DNA of 64,000 nucleotides from an uncultured Methanosarcinales archaeon (GTDB lineage Archaea; Nanobdellota; Nanobdellia; Woesearchaeales; JACPBV01): NCBI GenBank assembly GCA_964577685.1, contig CAZNZT010000002.1, positions 1 to 64,000 of the forward strand, read 5' to 3'. Shown piece by piece: positions 21,110 to 31,220 of this stretch (position 1 is its first letter; each line of letters starts with the position of its first letter). The notes under the pieces were generated by a model. It saw only the letters and a program-made list of their open reading frames with translations, ran no database searches and was not told where the DNA came from. The position numbers and the translations under genes were made by a program.

Positions 21110-21869
21110 ATTTCTTAATCAAATAAAAATATAACTTGTAAACCCCAAGAAATATGAGGGTTATAAAAAAGAATATAATGAGATGCAATTTCTTATTAGT
21201 CAATCTTAAAGCTTTTAAAATATAAAAAGGCACCAAAAAAATCAAAGAAACAAGAAAAAACGGTAAAATATATCTTTTTATCTCTAGAATTCCCTCCATA
21301 ATAGGAGAAGCGAGAGCCTTACCTAAGCTCTTGCTTTCTGCATATTCCATGTACAAAAAAGTAGATAAATAAACTATTGCAGGAAAGGTATAATATATAT
21401 GCATTAGATAAATCTCTTTTTTAACAATAAAGAGGGGTATAGTAAGTGCTATCCCCAATATAAAAAACCAAACTGAATTTAAGACCAATAGCTTGGCATA
21501 ATCATAAAACTTCATCCTTTTCTTTACTATCTTGCTCCATTCGTAGCCCTTTAAGATAGTGAAGACCAATATAATAAAAACCAATAAACAAAAAAAGGCA
21601 GCAATAAAAGAATAAACAAAAGAATGTAGACTAGATAAAATCTCATTAGCCTTGTTAATATCTAGGCTCCCCAAACCCGAAGATAGGATATAAGTTATGC
21701 TCCTAAGATTAAGCAACAGCCTTTTTACAAAAAATAAAAAAACAACAATACCCGCAGACAAACACAAGTAATAAAAAATATCAATTAAGAGAATAAATAA
21801 AACTTCCTTCCTCTTAAAACTCTTAACCAATATTCTGACAGGTTTTAAAAAATATCTCTTGTAGGACAT
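21093..21869 (-). CDS. Polytopic membrane protein (third paralog)
   Basis: About 6 TM segments; KGYEWSKIVKKR motif. Confidence 0.75.
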   Translation of the reverse strand: MSYKRYFLKPVRILVKSFKRKEVLFILLIDIFYYLCLSAGIVVFLFFVKRLLLNLRSITYILSSGLGSLDINKANEILSSLHSFVYSFIAAFFCLLVFIILVFTILKGYEWSKIVKKRMKFYDYAKLLVLNSVWFFILGIALTIPLFIVKKEIYLMHIYYTFPAIVYLSTFLYMEYAESKSLGKALASPIMEGILEIKRYILPFFLVSLIFLVPFYILKALRLTNKKLHLIIFFFITLIFLGVYKLYFYLIKKSRKAV

Positions 21870-22061
21870 AATCCCACAAATATTATGCCAATTAATAAAT
21901 CTTTTCTTTTTGTTTTTGTTCTTTTTAAATCAATTCCAAAATCCGCTAATACAAACAATGTACTTTCAAAGAAACTCTAAAAATTTTCATTACTAATGGA
22001 AAATCAACCTTTTTTTCTTGGAAACTTTTATTAAAACAGAAATAGAACTATTAGCACTAAA

Positions 22062-22985
22062 ATGCAAAATGAAAATCCTGACGATGGAATGCCTAGCAAT
22101 GATGAGAATCTGGAAGAAAAAGTAAATACAACTACAACCATACAAGAAGGACAAAAACAAACCATAGTAACTTATAGGAAACGCAAAATATTTAGTGCCG
22201 TATTCCTTACAGCAGCAGTTACTGTTGCAAGCTATTTTCTCTTGACAAATAGGCCTCAACCAACTCAAAAAACAGACATTGGATATAATTCAAAACCCGC
22301 AGTAGAAAGAAACGAGGAGACAAAAAGAAAAAACAGAACCGGTAGTTATTCTCAAGCTAGTAAGTTAAATCCACAGGATTTCTGGCAAAAACTAAAACCT
22401 GGGGAAAGATATAATCTGATTTCAGAAGAATTCAGAAGACTTCAGAGAAAAAAAGAAGAGAAACCAAGTCAAGCATGTATAGAGTCGATAGTGTCCTATC
22501 TGGCTAATAATGGTTATTCCCAACAGGTATGGCATAACACACCAACACTTGAACGGTATCGTCTTATTGGAGAGGAGTTTAAGAGGCTCAAATCAGAGGG
22601 TGGAGCATTAAAGACACAGGAAGTAGACTTAATGATATCCTACTTGGTTAAACAGGGATACCTCTGGGAGGTCTGGCAAAGAATCCCGGATGAAGAGAAA
22701 TATAATCTCATGTCTGATGTATTTAAGAAACTTCCATTCAAGAAGAGATGGGAGTTAACTAGGGGCACAATAGAAGAAGAGTTAAGAAGGAGAGGAAACC
22801 AGATTAAAAAAGACCTTTATGCTATGTTGGATGATTTGAGATCAATTGTTTATTCAGGAAAACCACTTGCTGAAGAGAAAAGAGAAGAGCCAATCTCTAG
22901 GATAAAACTCGAAAGGGCTTATGGTCTATTAAAAGAATATTTCACAAGAGCCAAGGAGAGGGGTAAGGAAAATGGGGCTAGGTAG
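22062..22985 (+). CDS. Membrane-anchored protein with three helical repeats
   Basis: One TM (IFSAVFLTAAVTVASYFLL); three repeats of consensus WxxxxxxE(R/K)YxLhxxxFxxL. Confidence 0.75.
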   Translation: MQNENPDDGMPSNDENLEEKVNTTTTIQEGQKQTIVTYRKRKIFSAVFLTAAVTVASYFLLTNRPQPTQKTDIGYNSKPAVERNEETKRKNRTGSYSQASKLNPQDFWQKLKPGERYNLISEEFRRLQRKKEEKPSQACIESIVSYLANNGYSQQVWHNTPTLERYRLIGEEFKRLKSEGGALKTQEVDLMISYLVKQGYLWEVWQRIPDEEKYNLMSDVFKKLPFKKRWELTRGTIEEELRRRGNQIKKDLYAMLDDLRSIVYSGKPLAEEKREEPISRIKLERAYGLLKEYFTRAKERGKENGAR

Positions 22986-23268
22986 AAAAGCAATAGTAGC
23001 AGGTTTGCTTTTTGTATCTTTTTATGGAGGCTACAAACTGCATAGCTATTCTTTATCAAGGAGGCCATACAAAGTAGAAGTTATTGAAGGAAAATATTAT
23101 TTAAAGAATAATAGGACAAATGAAAGGAGGATAATAAATCCAGATAATACAACAGGAACTTTGCAGGAACAGGTTGAAGCACTACTCCTAAGGGGGCAAG
23201 AAGATCCATCAAAGCTTGAGGAATCCTTGTTCTTTGTTGGAAAAAAATACAGGCTTCCTCTTCCGTGA
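22972..23268 (+). CDS. Small membrane-anchored protein
   Basis: 98 aa; N-terminal TM ending in FYGG; similar to 35657-35947 and to part of 35935-36561. Confidence 0.75.
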   Translation: MGLGRKAIVAGLLFVSFYGGYKLHSYSLSRRPYKVEVIEGKYYLKNNRTNERRIINPDNTTGTLQEQVEALLLRGQEDPSKLEESLFFVGKKYRLPLP

Positions 23269-23316
23269 GCAAGCGACTCAAACAACATGACTTTTAATAG
23301 ACGCTCACAATAAAAA

Positions 23317-24555
23317 ATGTTACATATCCTAAAAGGAGGGGGGGAAACAAAAGCACATCCTAACAAATCTTCTAGTAAATATAGGCCTGATGTGAACGAT
23401 CTTGTTAAATACTACCGCAGCAAGGGCATAGTAGGAGAAGAGAGTGTTTATATATTAGCCACCATTGGCTTACTCGCAGGTAATAGCTTTTGCATAGAGG
23501 GAAGAAGTGGGACTGGAAAAACAAAAATAGCAGATGCTCTAATGGACCTTCTTCCACCTAAGAGCGTTTATTCTTTTGATGCATCTTCAGATAAATCACT
23601 CATAAGAGATGCGGAAAGGCTAAACAAAGCAAGAGTTCTTTATGTCCCTGAAATGCAAAATGTTTTCAACAGCAGATACCAAACACTGGTTGAAGTTCTA
23701 AAATGCCTATGTGCAGAAAAAGACTTTACATACTCTGGAGTAGCGGGTGGAAAATCATACGAGTTCAGGATAAGAGGAGATATAACCTTCTATACAACTC
23801 TGGCAACGGAAAACGACTTCAAACCAAGGATAGAATACACAAGAAGGATGTTTCAGCTTTTCACAAGGTTGGGAGAAGACGTACAAGAGAGGATAATAAG
23901 AGAAAAGGCAAGAGCAAGATATTTGCCAAAAGCCGACTTAGATGAAATCTCAGCCCAAGAATTACGCGCTCTAAAAGTTCATGCTTCTTCACTACTTTAT
24001 ATGCCACAAATTCGCGTTGTTAATGTCTTTTCAGATTATATTGAAGGCATAATCCCAAGAGAAAATACCATGGTAGCTGCTTTCATTGATAAGTACTTTG
24101 ATTTGAATGAAGCATCAGGAAAGTTCCATTATCCACTTAGGATACTAAGAAAGATAAATGGTAATCCTATACTGTTCCTTAATATAGACGACATAGTACT
24201 GATTCATAGCCACTATCCGCCACATTTTTGCAGAAGTCTTTCTAATCTTGACAGAGAACACGCATATGAGGAAGACACGGTCCTAAGATTCCAAGAAGAT
24301 GTTGACTGGCAACAGTGCCTTGATATAGGCATGGAAATAATGAGGAAGTATTATCCCTCAGTTTTTGATGAATGGTCATCTCTCCAAAGACTAGAAGGCT
24401 ATATTCCACAAGACCAAGAGCAGGAGAATGGATTAAGCTTTGATGAGTGGTCAACACACTTTGGAGTGAATCCAGACCAGAAATTAACCCCAAATCAAAG
24501 TGACCAAAGATGCCAATTTAGGATAAGGATAAATCCAGAGAAACCAGATAACTAG
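23317..24555 (+). CDS. P-loop AAA+-type ATPase, divergent
   Basis: GIVGEE motif, Walker A GRSGTGKT, Walker B-like LYVPE, candidate Arg finger EYTRRMF. Confidence 0.75.
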   Translation: MLHILKGGGETKAHPNKSSSKYRPDVNDLVKYYRSKGIVGEESVYILATIGLLAGNSFCIEGRSGTGKTKIADALMDLLPPKSVYSFDASSDKSLIRDAERLNKARVLYVPEMQNVFNSRYQTLVEVLKCLCAEKDFTYSGVAGGKSYEFRIRGDITFYTTLATENDFKPRIEYTRRMFQLFTRLGEDVQERIIREKARARYLPKADLDEISAQELRALKVHASSLLYMPQIRVVNVFSDYIEGIIPRENTMVAAFIDKYFDLNEASGKFHYPLRILRKINGNPILFLNIDDIVLIHSHYPPHFCRSLSNLDREHAYEEDTVLRFQEDVDWQQCLDIGMEIMRKYYPSVFDEWSSLQRLEGYIPQDQEQENGLSFDEWSTHFGVNPDQKLTPNQSDQRCQFRIRINPEKPDN

Positions 24556-24723
24556 TATAAAATTTTTTTATTCAACTAGCTGGAAGATTTACATTAATGC
24601 TCTATAATAGCGCAAATTATTCAGAGTAATAGAACATATTTTCAGAATACATGGAATACTACTAAAAATTGTATCAAAACACTTATTAAAATATCCATAT
24701 AAAAAAATTGGGTTTAATAACGG

Positions 24724-25740
24724 ATGATTCCAATGTCAACAACTAAGACCAAATCAGGTAAATCAGATATAACAAGGCAACTTGAAGAAATACTTGCCTC
24801 AGAACCACAGGTACCTATAGGGGAGAGACAAACTCAAAATAAATCTGATGAAAGAACCCGGTCTAGAACAAAAAAAACAAAAGGAAGAAGAAAAAAAGTA
24901 ACTTATAGTCCTGAATCCTATTCAAAAGCTCTTCAAAGATTGTTAGAAACCCAGAGGGAGTTTAGGACATACCTAGCTGAGATAAAAAGAAATCCACAAA
25001 ATGAACAACCCTATGTACTACAAGAAAGGCTCTTAGCTTACGCAAAAGTACTTGGGGATTATAGAAATCAGCTTGCAGTTTTTGTAACTTCTCTTAATGA
25101 TAGACTTCCAACCATCAGGAAAAGAAGGAATCAATATCTAGAAGAAAGGCAAAGGGCATTTGAGGAATTTTCAAGATTAAGGAAGGAGCTAGAAGAAACA
25201 GAACAGGAGTTAGAATCATACAAAGAAAAGATTGAAAGAAAGGAACTCCACATAAACGAAATAGGAATAACCCACCAAAGAATAGCCGATTTAGAAACAA
25301 GAACAATAGCTCTGGGGTATAATATTAGGCGGATAAGTAGAGATGCACACGCAAAAGATAATCTCGCTAGACTTTTATGGGCATATGAGGTAGCACTTAC
25401 AGCGATGGTTGATAGTGGAACAACAATGTATGACCAGATAAACCAGTTCATTGAAACCTGTGCAGGTCTTGTTGAACTAGCCTTGCCACTAAATCAAGCA
25501 AGTGAACTGATAAGAAAAACCGCAACATCGATGGGGGAGCTTGTTGGTGGTATGAACCAATTATTTTCCTATTTTGGTAATATGGCCAACCTCCTTGGCA
25601 GCCCACCTAATATTCAGCCAGACAATTACCTCAATACTATAGAAACCCTAACAGATAAAATTACAAAGTACAGAAAAGAGCTGTCGCATAGAGCAGAAGA
25701 GTCAAGCAAGGAAATGAAGGCTTTTATATCACGCTCATAG
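24724..25740 (+). CDS. Coiled-coil protein, paralog 1
   Basis: 338 aa with long heptad-rich helices; RLLWAYEVALTAMVDSG motif. Confidence 0.8.
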   Translation: MIPMSTTKTKSGKSDITRQLEEILASEPQVPIGERQTQNKSDERTRSRTKKTKGRRKKVTYSPESYSKALQRLLETQREFRTYLAEIKRNPQNEQPYVLQERLLAYAKVLGDYRNQLAVFVTSLNDRLPTIRKRRNQYLEERQRAFEEFSRLRKELEETEQELESYKEKIERKELHINEIGITHQRIADLETRTIALGYNIRRISRDAHAKDNLARLLWAYEVALTAMVDSGTTMYDQINQFIETCAGLVELALPLNQASELIRKTATSMGELVGGMNQLFSYFGNMANLLGSPPNIQPDNYLNTIETLTDKITKYRKELSHRAEESSKEMKAFISRS

Positions 25741-25836
25741 GTATAATAAAAATAGACGTCTATTAGTTCCAATTTAATTAGCTTTAGCTATAGAAAAACA
25801 AAGCGAAAAATAAAACAAAACAGGAGGAAAGATAAA

Positions 25837-27006
25837 ATGGAAGAAGAAGCTGAAAGAACAGATAATAGGTTTGCTGATAGAATAGGCAGCAGCCCTGATA
25901 TTGAGGATATACTAAGAAGAGCAGAAGAAGTTACATCTAGGGAAATTAAGTCAGATTTGCCACAATATACAACGCCTACAGAAAAAGAAACAAGAGTAGA
26001 ACCAACACCAGAGATAATAGAGAGAGCAAATAATATAGAAGAATATTTAAGAAGACTTGAAGAAGCAGACAGGGAACTTATAGAGTACTATCAGGAACAC
26101 ATTAAGCCAAAACAAGTAGAGAGAGAGGTGGAAACACAAATTCCTGTGCAGAGAAGCTGGAGGAACCTTTGGGGTGTTCTACAGTATCTAGGTCTTGCAC
26201 CCAAGCTAAGGACAGTAAGGGCAACAAAAACAGAGTTAGTAACTCCAGACGTAAGAACAGTAATGCCTGAACTCAAAAGAAGAATTCTTGGATGTTCAGA
26301 TAATCTTGATGGATATTCAATAGAGCTGGAAGAAATAAGAAAGAGTATTGGGCAAAATAGGGAAAGGATTGCCCAATACAAAGAGGAAGCAGCAAGGATA
26401 AGAAACGAAAGCATTACTAGATTTGTAGAAAAAGAAAGAGAAATGAGGGAAGCAGAAGAACTCCTATCTCAGCTGGAGGAACACCTAAGTGGAATGAGGA
26501 TGGATGACCCAAAATACCAAGAAGCAGAGTCTAAAAAAATGGAGCTATCAGTACGATTAATGAGATACCAGAATGAGGTTATGAGGGCAGAGCAAAATGC
26601 AATAGCAAGTGAACGCAGAAGGAGGCTAATGCATGCCTATGATATAGTAATGACAGCTCTTGAGGAATCAGCTGGAAACCTCGTTACATACATTAGAAAT
26701 CAGACAAAAACAACACGCGAGACAATAGAGGTTACGAATGATATTACACCACTAGCAGAGCTAACACACAAATCGCTAAAAGAAACCCAGACAGGAATGA
26801 AACATGTAAATGCATTAGTGAACTATCTTATAAGGGTAGGAGGTACTGCCGGGATACCTTTAGCTGCAGGAGAGCAATATCCTCTTGACATAGAAAACAT
26901 AGAAGAAAAAGCATTAGAAATACAAAGAGAAATGAGAAACCTAGGAAAACAATCAAGCCAAAGCATGTACCAACTAATTGAAAGAGCAGGTGGCAATGGA
27001 CACTAA
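25837..27006 (+). CDS. Coiled-coil protein, paralog 2 (TelA-like layout)
   Basis: 389 aa; acidic N-terminus, amphipathic WRNLWGVLQYLGL, and RLMHAYDIVMTALEESA; upstream AGGAGG. Confidence 0.8.
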   Translation: MEEEAERTDNRFADRIGSSPDIEDILRRAEEVTSREIKSDLPQYTTPTEKETRVEPTPEIIERANNIEEYLRRLEEADRELIEYYQEHIKPKQVEREVETQIPVQRSWRNLWGVLQYLGLAPKLRTVRATKTELVTPDVRTVMPELKRRILGCSDNLDGYSIELEEIRKSIGQNRERIAQYKEEAARIRNESITRFVEKEREMREAEELLSQLEEHLSGMRMDDPKYQEAESKKMELSVRLMRYQNEVMRAEQNAIASERRRRLMHAYDIVMTALEESAGNLVTYIRNQTKTTRETIEVTNDITPLAELTHKSLKETQTGMKHVNALVNYLIRVGGTAGIPLAAGEQYPLDIENIEEKALEIQREMRNLGKQSSQSMYQLIERAGGNGH

Positions 27007-27054
27007 ATTTTTGTTTTTTTATTTCACTTTTATAAGCAACCATAGAAGTAAAAA

Positions 27055-27909
27055 ATGGAAACAATCGGGGACATTACAAGAAGTGGATACCCTGCTTGGG
27101 TTAGAGTTCTTGACCCAGATTTATTAGTTGAAAGAAAAAGATCTGATGATATACTTGTAAGTATTGGGGAGTCCTTCAATAGTTTAACAAGGGCTATTCA
27201 ATCTCATGCAGAAAATGAGGAAAAAACTTGCTTAGACGATTATGTGAGAACTCTAGAAGAATACTCTAGTTCTTTAGCTCAAGCTATGTATAATCTAAAC
27301 TCCTCCTTAGGTATTGTAGATGCCCTCTTAACATCGCAAGACAATCCAGCCTTGGCTAGGCTTTTGTCTTCTTATAGGCGCTATTCTGTGATAGCGATTA
27401 ATAGTCTAGCTTCAACAATAGAATATATAAATCAGTTTATCACACTTGTTAATAGCTACAAAGGTCTTTCTAGGATTGGGGGGGCTTTAATAAGGATACT
27501 AAAAAAAACTCAGAAAAAAATAACTGGTGAAACCAAAAAATGTTCTAATAACTTAAACCAACTGTCTGAGTGCTATGGAGCCATACTAGATTCATGTTTA
27601 GAAAATGTTAGTGGAATCAATCCTGATGTATCTGAAATGGCTACTCAGCTGTATGAGGAACTAACAAGAAGAAACTCTCAAAGAAGGGGCGTAATGGACG
27701 TTCTTGGTGAAGTATATGGGTTCCTGTATAGTACATTATTTAATAAATCAAACCCCTCACAAAATCCTCAAGGTAATTTTGATGATATGATCTCTAAATT
27801 AGATAAATCTTTTCAAGATTATATGGCTTCAATGCAAGAAGAACTTCAAGCATCATTAGACAGGATGAAAAAACTAGTCAGAGGTAAGGAATATGCCAAG
27901 GATGTATAG
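27055..27909 (+). CDS. Helical protein, paralog 3
   Basis: 284 aa; RLLSSY...YINQFI aligns by eye with RLLWAY...QINQFI of paralog 1. Confidence 0.75.
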   Translation: METIGDITRSGYPAWVRVLDPDLLVERKRSDDILVSIGESFNSLTRAIQSHAENEEKTCLDDYVRTLEEYSSSLAQAMYNLNSSLGIVDALLTSQDNPALARLLSSYRRYSVIAINSLASTIEYINQFITLVNSYKGLSRIGGALIRILKKTQKKITGETKKCSNNLNQLSECYGAILDSCLENVSGINPDVSEMATQLYEELTRRNSQRRGVMDVLGEVYGFLYSTLFNKSNPSQNPQGNFDDMISKLDKSFQDYMASMQEELQASLDRMKKLVRGKEYAKDV

Positions 27910-29333
27910 GATAGACACCAAAGAACTTGAGGAACAAAGAAGATACTTTGGAGAATATAGTGAAACCAAAGGTAGCCTGATTGATGTACTAAATAGCATA
28001 AATAGAGACTCAAAAGTCCTTTCTACTCCAGAAAGTAGGTTAAGAGATTGTATTATTGAGAGCTTGGCAACTTATGAAGCAATAATAAAGACAGCACACA
28101 ACCGATCGTTCTTTAATCATACTAATGAATATACCCCAGAGAGAGAACAACTGAGAGATAGCTTTATCGAATTATATGCCCTTTATGTTGCATCTATGGT
28201 TGCAAAAAAAAGACTAGATGAAGAATTCCCAGAAGAAGGAGAGCAACCAATCGATGGTAGTGTAGTTCTACAAAATTTCAATTTTGAGAGATTCCACAGC
28301 AATATCTCAGGAAGAAGTATCCCTGAGGGACTAAAAGACCTAAACCTTGAAGCTACGCTACCTAGCGGAGCAAAGTATCTTTTAAACTGGTACACATCAA
28401 AAATAAAAGCGCTTGTAAATAACGGCATTACTCTCGGGACAATTGTATCAGCAACAAAAAGATTCTATTCTTGTCTAGGAGAAGCAGCCCTAGAAAGAAT
28501 GCGGATGGAAAGATACTCTTCGTTCTATATTCAGGCTAGAAACCTAAACATACAAACAGATGGGCTTATCCTACAGGGACTTGAAGGCTGCCTCAAAAAG
28601 GATGAAAAAACTAGTCAGAGGTAAGGAATATGCCAAGGATGTATAGGATAGACACCAAAGAACTTGAGGAACAAAGAAGATACTTTGGAGAATATAGTGA
28701 AACCAAAGGTAGCCTGATTGATGTACTAAATAGCATAAATAGAGACTCAAAAGTCCTTTCTACTCCAGAAAGTAGGTTAAGAGATTGTATTATTGAGAGC
28801 TTGGCAACTTATGAAGCAATAATAAAGACAGCACACAACCGATCGTTCTTTAATCATACTAATGAATATACCCCAGAGAGAGAACAACTGAGAGATAGCT
28901 TTATCGAATTATATGCCCTTTATGTTGCATCTATGGTTGCAAAAAAAAGACTAGATGAAGAATTCCCAGAAGAAGGAGAGCAACCAATCGATGGTAGTGT
29001 AGTTCTACAAAATTTCAATTTTGAGAGATTCCACAGCAATATCTCAGGAAGAAGTATCCCTGAGGGACTAAAAGACCTAAACCTTGAAGCTACGCTACCT
29101 AGCGGAGCAAAGTATCTTTTAAACTGGTACACATCAAAAATAAAAGCGCTTGTAAATAACGGCATTACTCTCGGGACAATTGTATCAGCAACAAAAAGAT
29201 TCTATTCTTGTCTAGGAGAAGCAGCCCTAGAAAGAATGCGGATGGAAAGATACTCTTCGTTCTATATTCAGGCTAGAAACCTAAACATACAAACAGATGG
29301 GCTTATCCTACAGGGACTTGAAGGCTGCCTCAA
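27862..29333 (+). repeat. Perfect tandem duplication, 2 x 735 bp (27862-28596 and 28599-29333)
   Basis: Constant 737-nt offset, identical translations, 2-nt AA spacer at 28597-28598. Confidence 0.95.
27893..28624 (+). pseudogene. Truncated duplicate of the N-terminal domain of the downstream AAA+ ATPase (or assembly artefact)
   Basis: Identical to the first ~235 aa of 28630-30456, then reads through the junction (KDEKTSQR*). Confidence 0.7.
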
Positions 29334-30456
29334 GTCAGCATTAGGGGATATCATCCCTGATAAAAGATTTTCAGATGTGTATGGGAATGCAGAGTTAGTG
29401 TCAATGTTAAAGGAGATAGGTGTTAGGTTACTAATGTATAATCCACATGAACAGGCAAATCCTCATCCATACCTGCCACCCACAATGCTTCTCTTAGGAA
29501 AGCCAGGAGGAGGTAAAACAATGGCTCTTCAAGCTTTTTATAATTTTCTCCTAAACAATGCTACCAATCCAGACAATCCAGAAGAGAGAAAAGAGATTCA
29601 TTACACGCCAATAGACGCCAGAATAAAATCAAAATGGCTAGGAGAATCAGAAGAAAGATTGAGGAAAGCAATAGAGTATGCAAAAGATCCTTCAAGGATA
29701 TCAGTAGTTTATATAGAAGACATTGATGCTCTTTTTGCAAGCAGGGAAACTGAACACGAAAGTCCGGCAGAAACAAGAATAACCCAACAACTTCTAAATC
29801 TCCTTGAAGGTGTGCAGACAAGAGATACTAGAAATTGTGTCATAATAGCCACAACAAACAGGGACTATGATATAGATCCTGCACTAAGGGACAGGTTTAG
29901 ACTTCTTGTATATGCACCGGGACCAAGGACAAACGAAGAAAAGGCAGGCGTTCTCCATACTACCCTAAAAAAAGGGCTAGGTCCTTACCAAGATATAATA
30001 TCTGTACCACCGTTGGAGGCATTAACAGGAATAGCAGCTGAGATGAACTCTGAAGATACATCTAGTTCTTATAAACTAGTGGGGAGGACAATTATGGGAG
30101 AATATACTTGGAGTGGAAGGGACATAAGAAATCTTTCTGAAAAAATCCTTTTTGAGAAAACAAGAGTCCTTTCTGGGAATGAAGGAGACATACTGCCAGA
30201 TGAAGTTAGAAGGGCATTCTTTAGTAGCTCTGAAAAAGTAACTGATTGGCTAAAATCAGTCTTTTCTAATAGGAAAATCAGTCTAGAGGAGATAACAAAG
30301 CGACTAAGGGAATATGTAGCACATAAAAAACTCCAAGAGCAGCAAGAATATGCTGCTCGTGTCATGAGAGTAGTAACCAGGAAAATCTTGGAACTAGATT
30401 CACATGATTTGGTAGCTACTATGCTAAAGGATTCACTCCCGCAACAAGGTGGTTGA
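28630..30456 (+). CDS. Classical-clade AAA+ ATPase (Vps4/Cdc48-like module) with uncharacterised helical N-terminal domain
   Basis: FSDVYG, Walker A GKPGGGKT, pore loop IKSKWLGESEERLR, Walker B VVYIEDID, SRH IATTNRDYDIDPALRDRF, SGRDIRNL. Confidence 0.9.
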   Translation: MPRMYRIDTKELEEQRRYFGEYSETKGSLIDVLNSINRDSKVLSTPESRLRDCIIESLATYEAIIKTAHNRSFFNHTNEYTPEREQLRDSFIELYALYVASMVAKKRLDEEFPEEGEQPIDGSVVLQNFNFERFHSNISGRSIPEGLKDLNLEATLPSGAKYLLNWYTSKIKALVNNGITLGTIVSATKRFYSCLGEAALERMRMERYSSFYIQARNLNIQTDGLILQGLEGCLKSALGDIIPDKRFSDVYGNAELVSMLKEIGVRLLMYNPHEQANPHPYLPPTMLLLGKPGGGKTMALQAFYNFLLNNATNPDNPEERKEIHYTPIDARIKSKWLGESEERLRKAIEYAKDPSRISVVYIEDIDALFASRETEHESPAETRITQQLLNLLEGVQTRDTRNCVIIATTNRDYDIDPALRDRFRLLVYAPGPRTNEEKAGVLHTTLKKGLGPYQDIISVPPLEALTGIAAEMNSEDTSSSYKLVGRTIMGEYTWSGRDIRNLSEKILFEKTRVLSGNEGDILPDEVRRAFFSSSEKVTDWLKSVFSNRKISLEEITKRLREYVAHKKLQEQQEYAARVMRVVTRKILELDSHDLVATMLKDSLPQQGG

Positions 30457-31220
30457 AAATGGTAACTAGCAAAACAAGTGAAACAGATATAGAGAATCCG
30501 TCTATTGACGAATTATTATCACTTGAATCAACAACAGAACAAGCACAACCAGAAACCCAAGATACGACCTCTGTACCATTAGCTCAACGAGTTAGAACAG
30601 CGCTTACTCATATAAAGAATTGGTTACTCGATTCTTATATAAGTATGGAAAGTGATGAGGGAGTAGATATTGCCTATGAAGAACTGAATAAAATGTTGCT
30701 TGAAAACCATGTTGCTTACACATGCGTTGAGATAGATCCATCGTTCCTTGGAACAAAGGAGGATGCAAAATCTGAGAACCCCCCGCTTCTTTTTTCACTA
30801 TACAAGGAACAATATGAAAAATATAAGGACCTTATCGTAGGTGCATCAATAATAGATAAGATAGACATGTTTTTAGGTCCAATAGAAGCAGTACTAATGG
30901 CAACCGGATATGAGTCGCCTAGGAGACTTGCATGGGTTTCAAGAATAGCCCAAGAATTTATTAAGGTGCCATTTGCAGTATATTACCTTGCCAGAACAAA
31001 TAGGATAACCCATCTTGGTTATTGGGCAATGAGTGAAGGAATCGCATTTTCTTCAGGCTTTGGAAGGTTAGTTGATGTTTTTCCTCTTTATAGAACAATG
31101 GCTAAGCGTTTTGTGAGGGACAAAACATGTGAAGCCTTTATAGATTTTGTTGTAGAAAAATATGGAGAATTTGTAGAGGTAAAGAATGAGGCACCTAGAG
31201 GTTATACCTGCAACACTTGA
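30453..31220 (+). CDS. Hypothetical protein with moderately hydrophobic central helices
   Basis: 255-aa ORF overlapping the ATPase stop. Confidence 0.7.
   Translation: MKMVTSKTSETDIENPSIDELLSLESTTEQAQPETQDTTSVPLAQRVRTALTHIKNWLLDSYISMESDEGVDIAYEELNKMLLENHVAYTCVEIDPSFLGTKEDAKSENPPLLFSLYKEQYEKYKDLIVGASIIDKIDMFLGPIEAVLMATGYESPRRLAWVSRIAQEFIKVPFAVYYLARTNRITHLGYWAMSEGIAFSSGFGRLVDVFPLYRTMAKRFVRDKTCEAFIDFVVEKYGEFVEVKNEAPRGYTCNT

Noticed and set aside
28630..30456. Naming the ATPase cdvC/vps4, ftsH or cdc48
   Set aside because: It has a single AAA module with no recognisable MIT, TM or protease domain; orthology cannot be established by eye.
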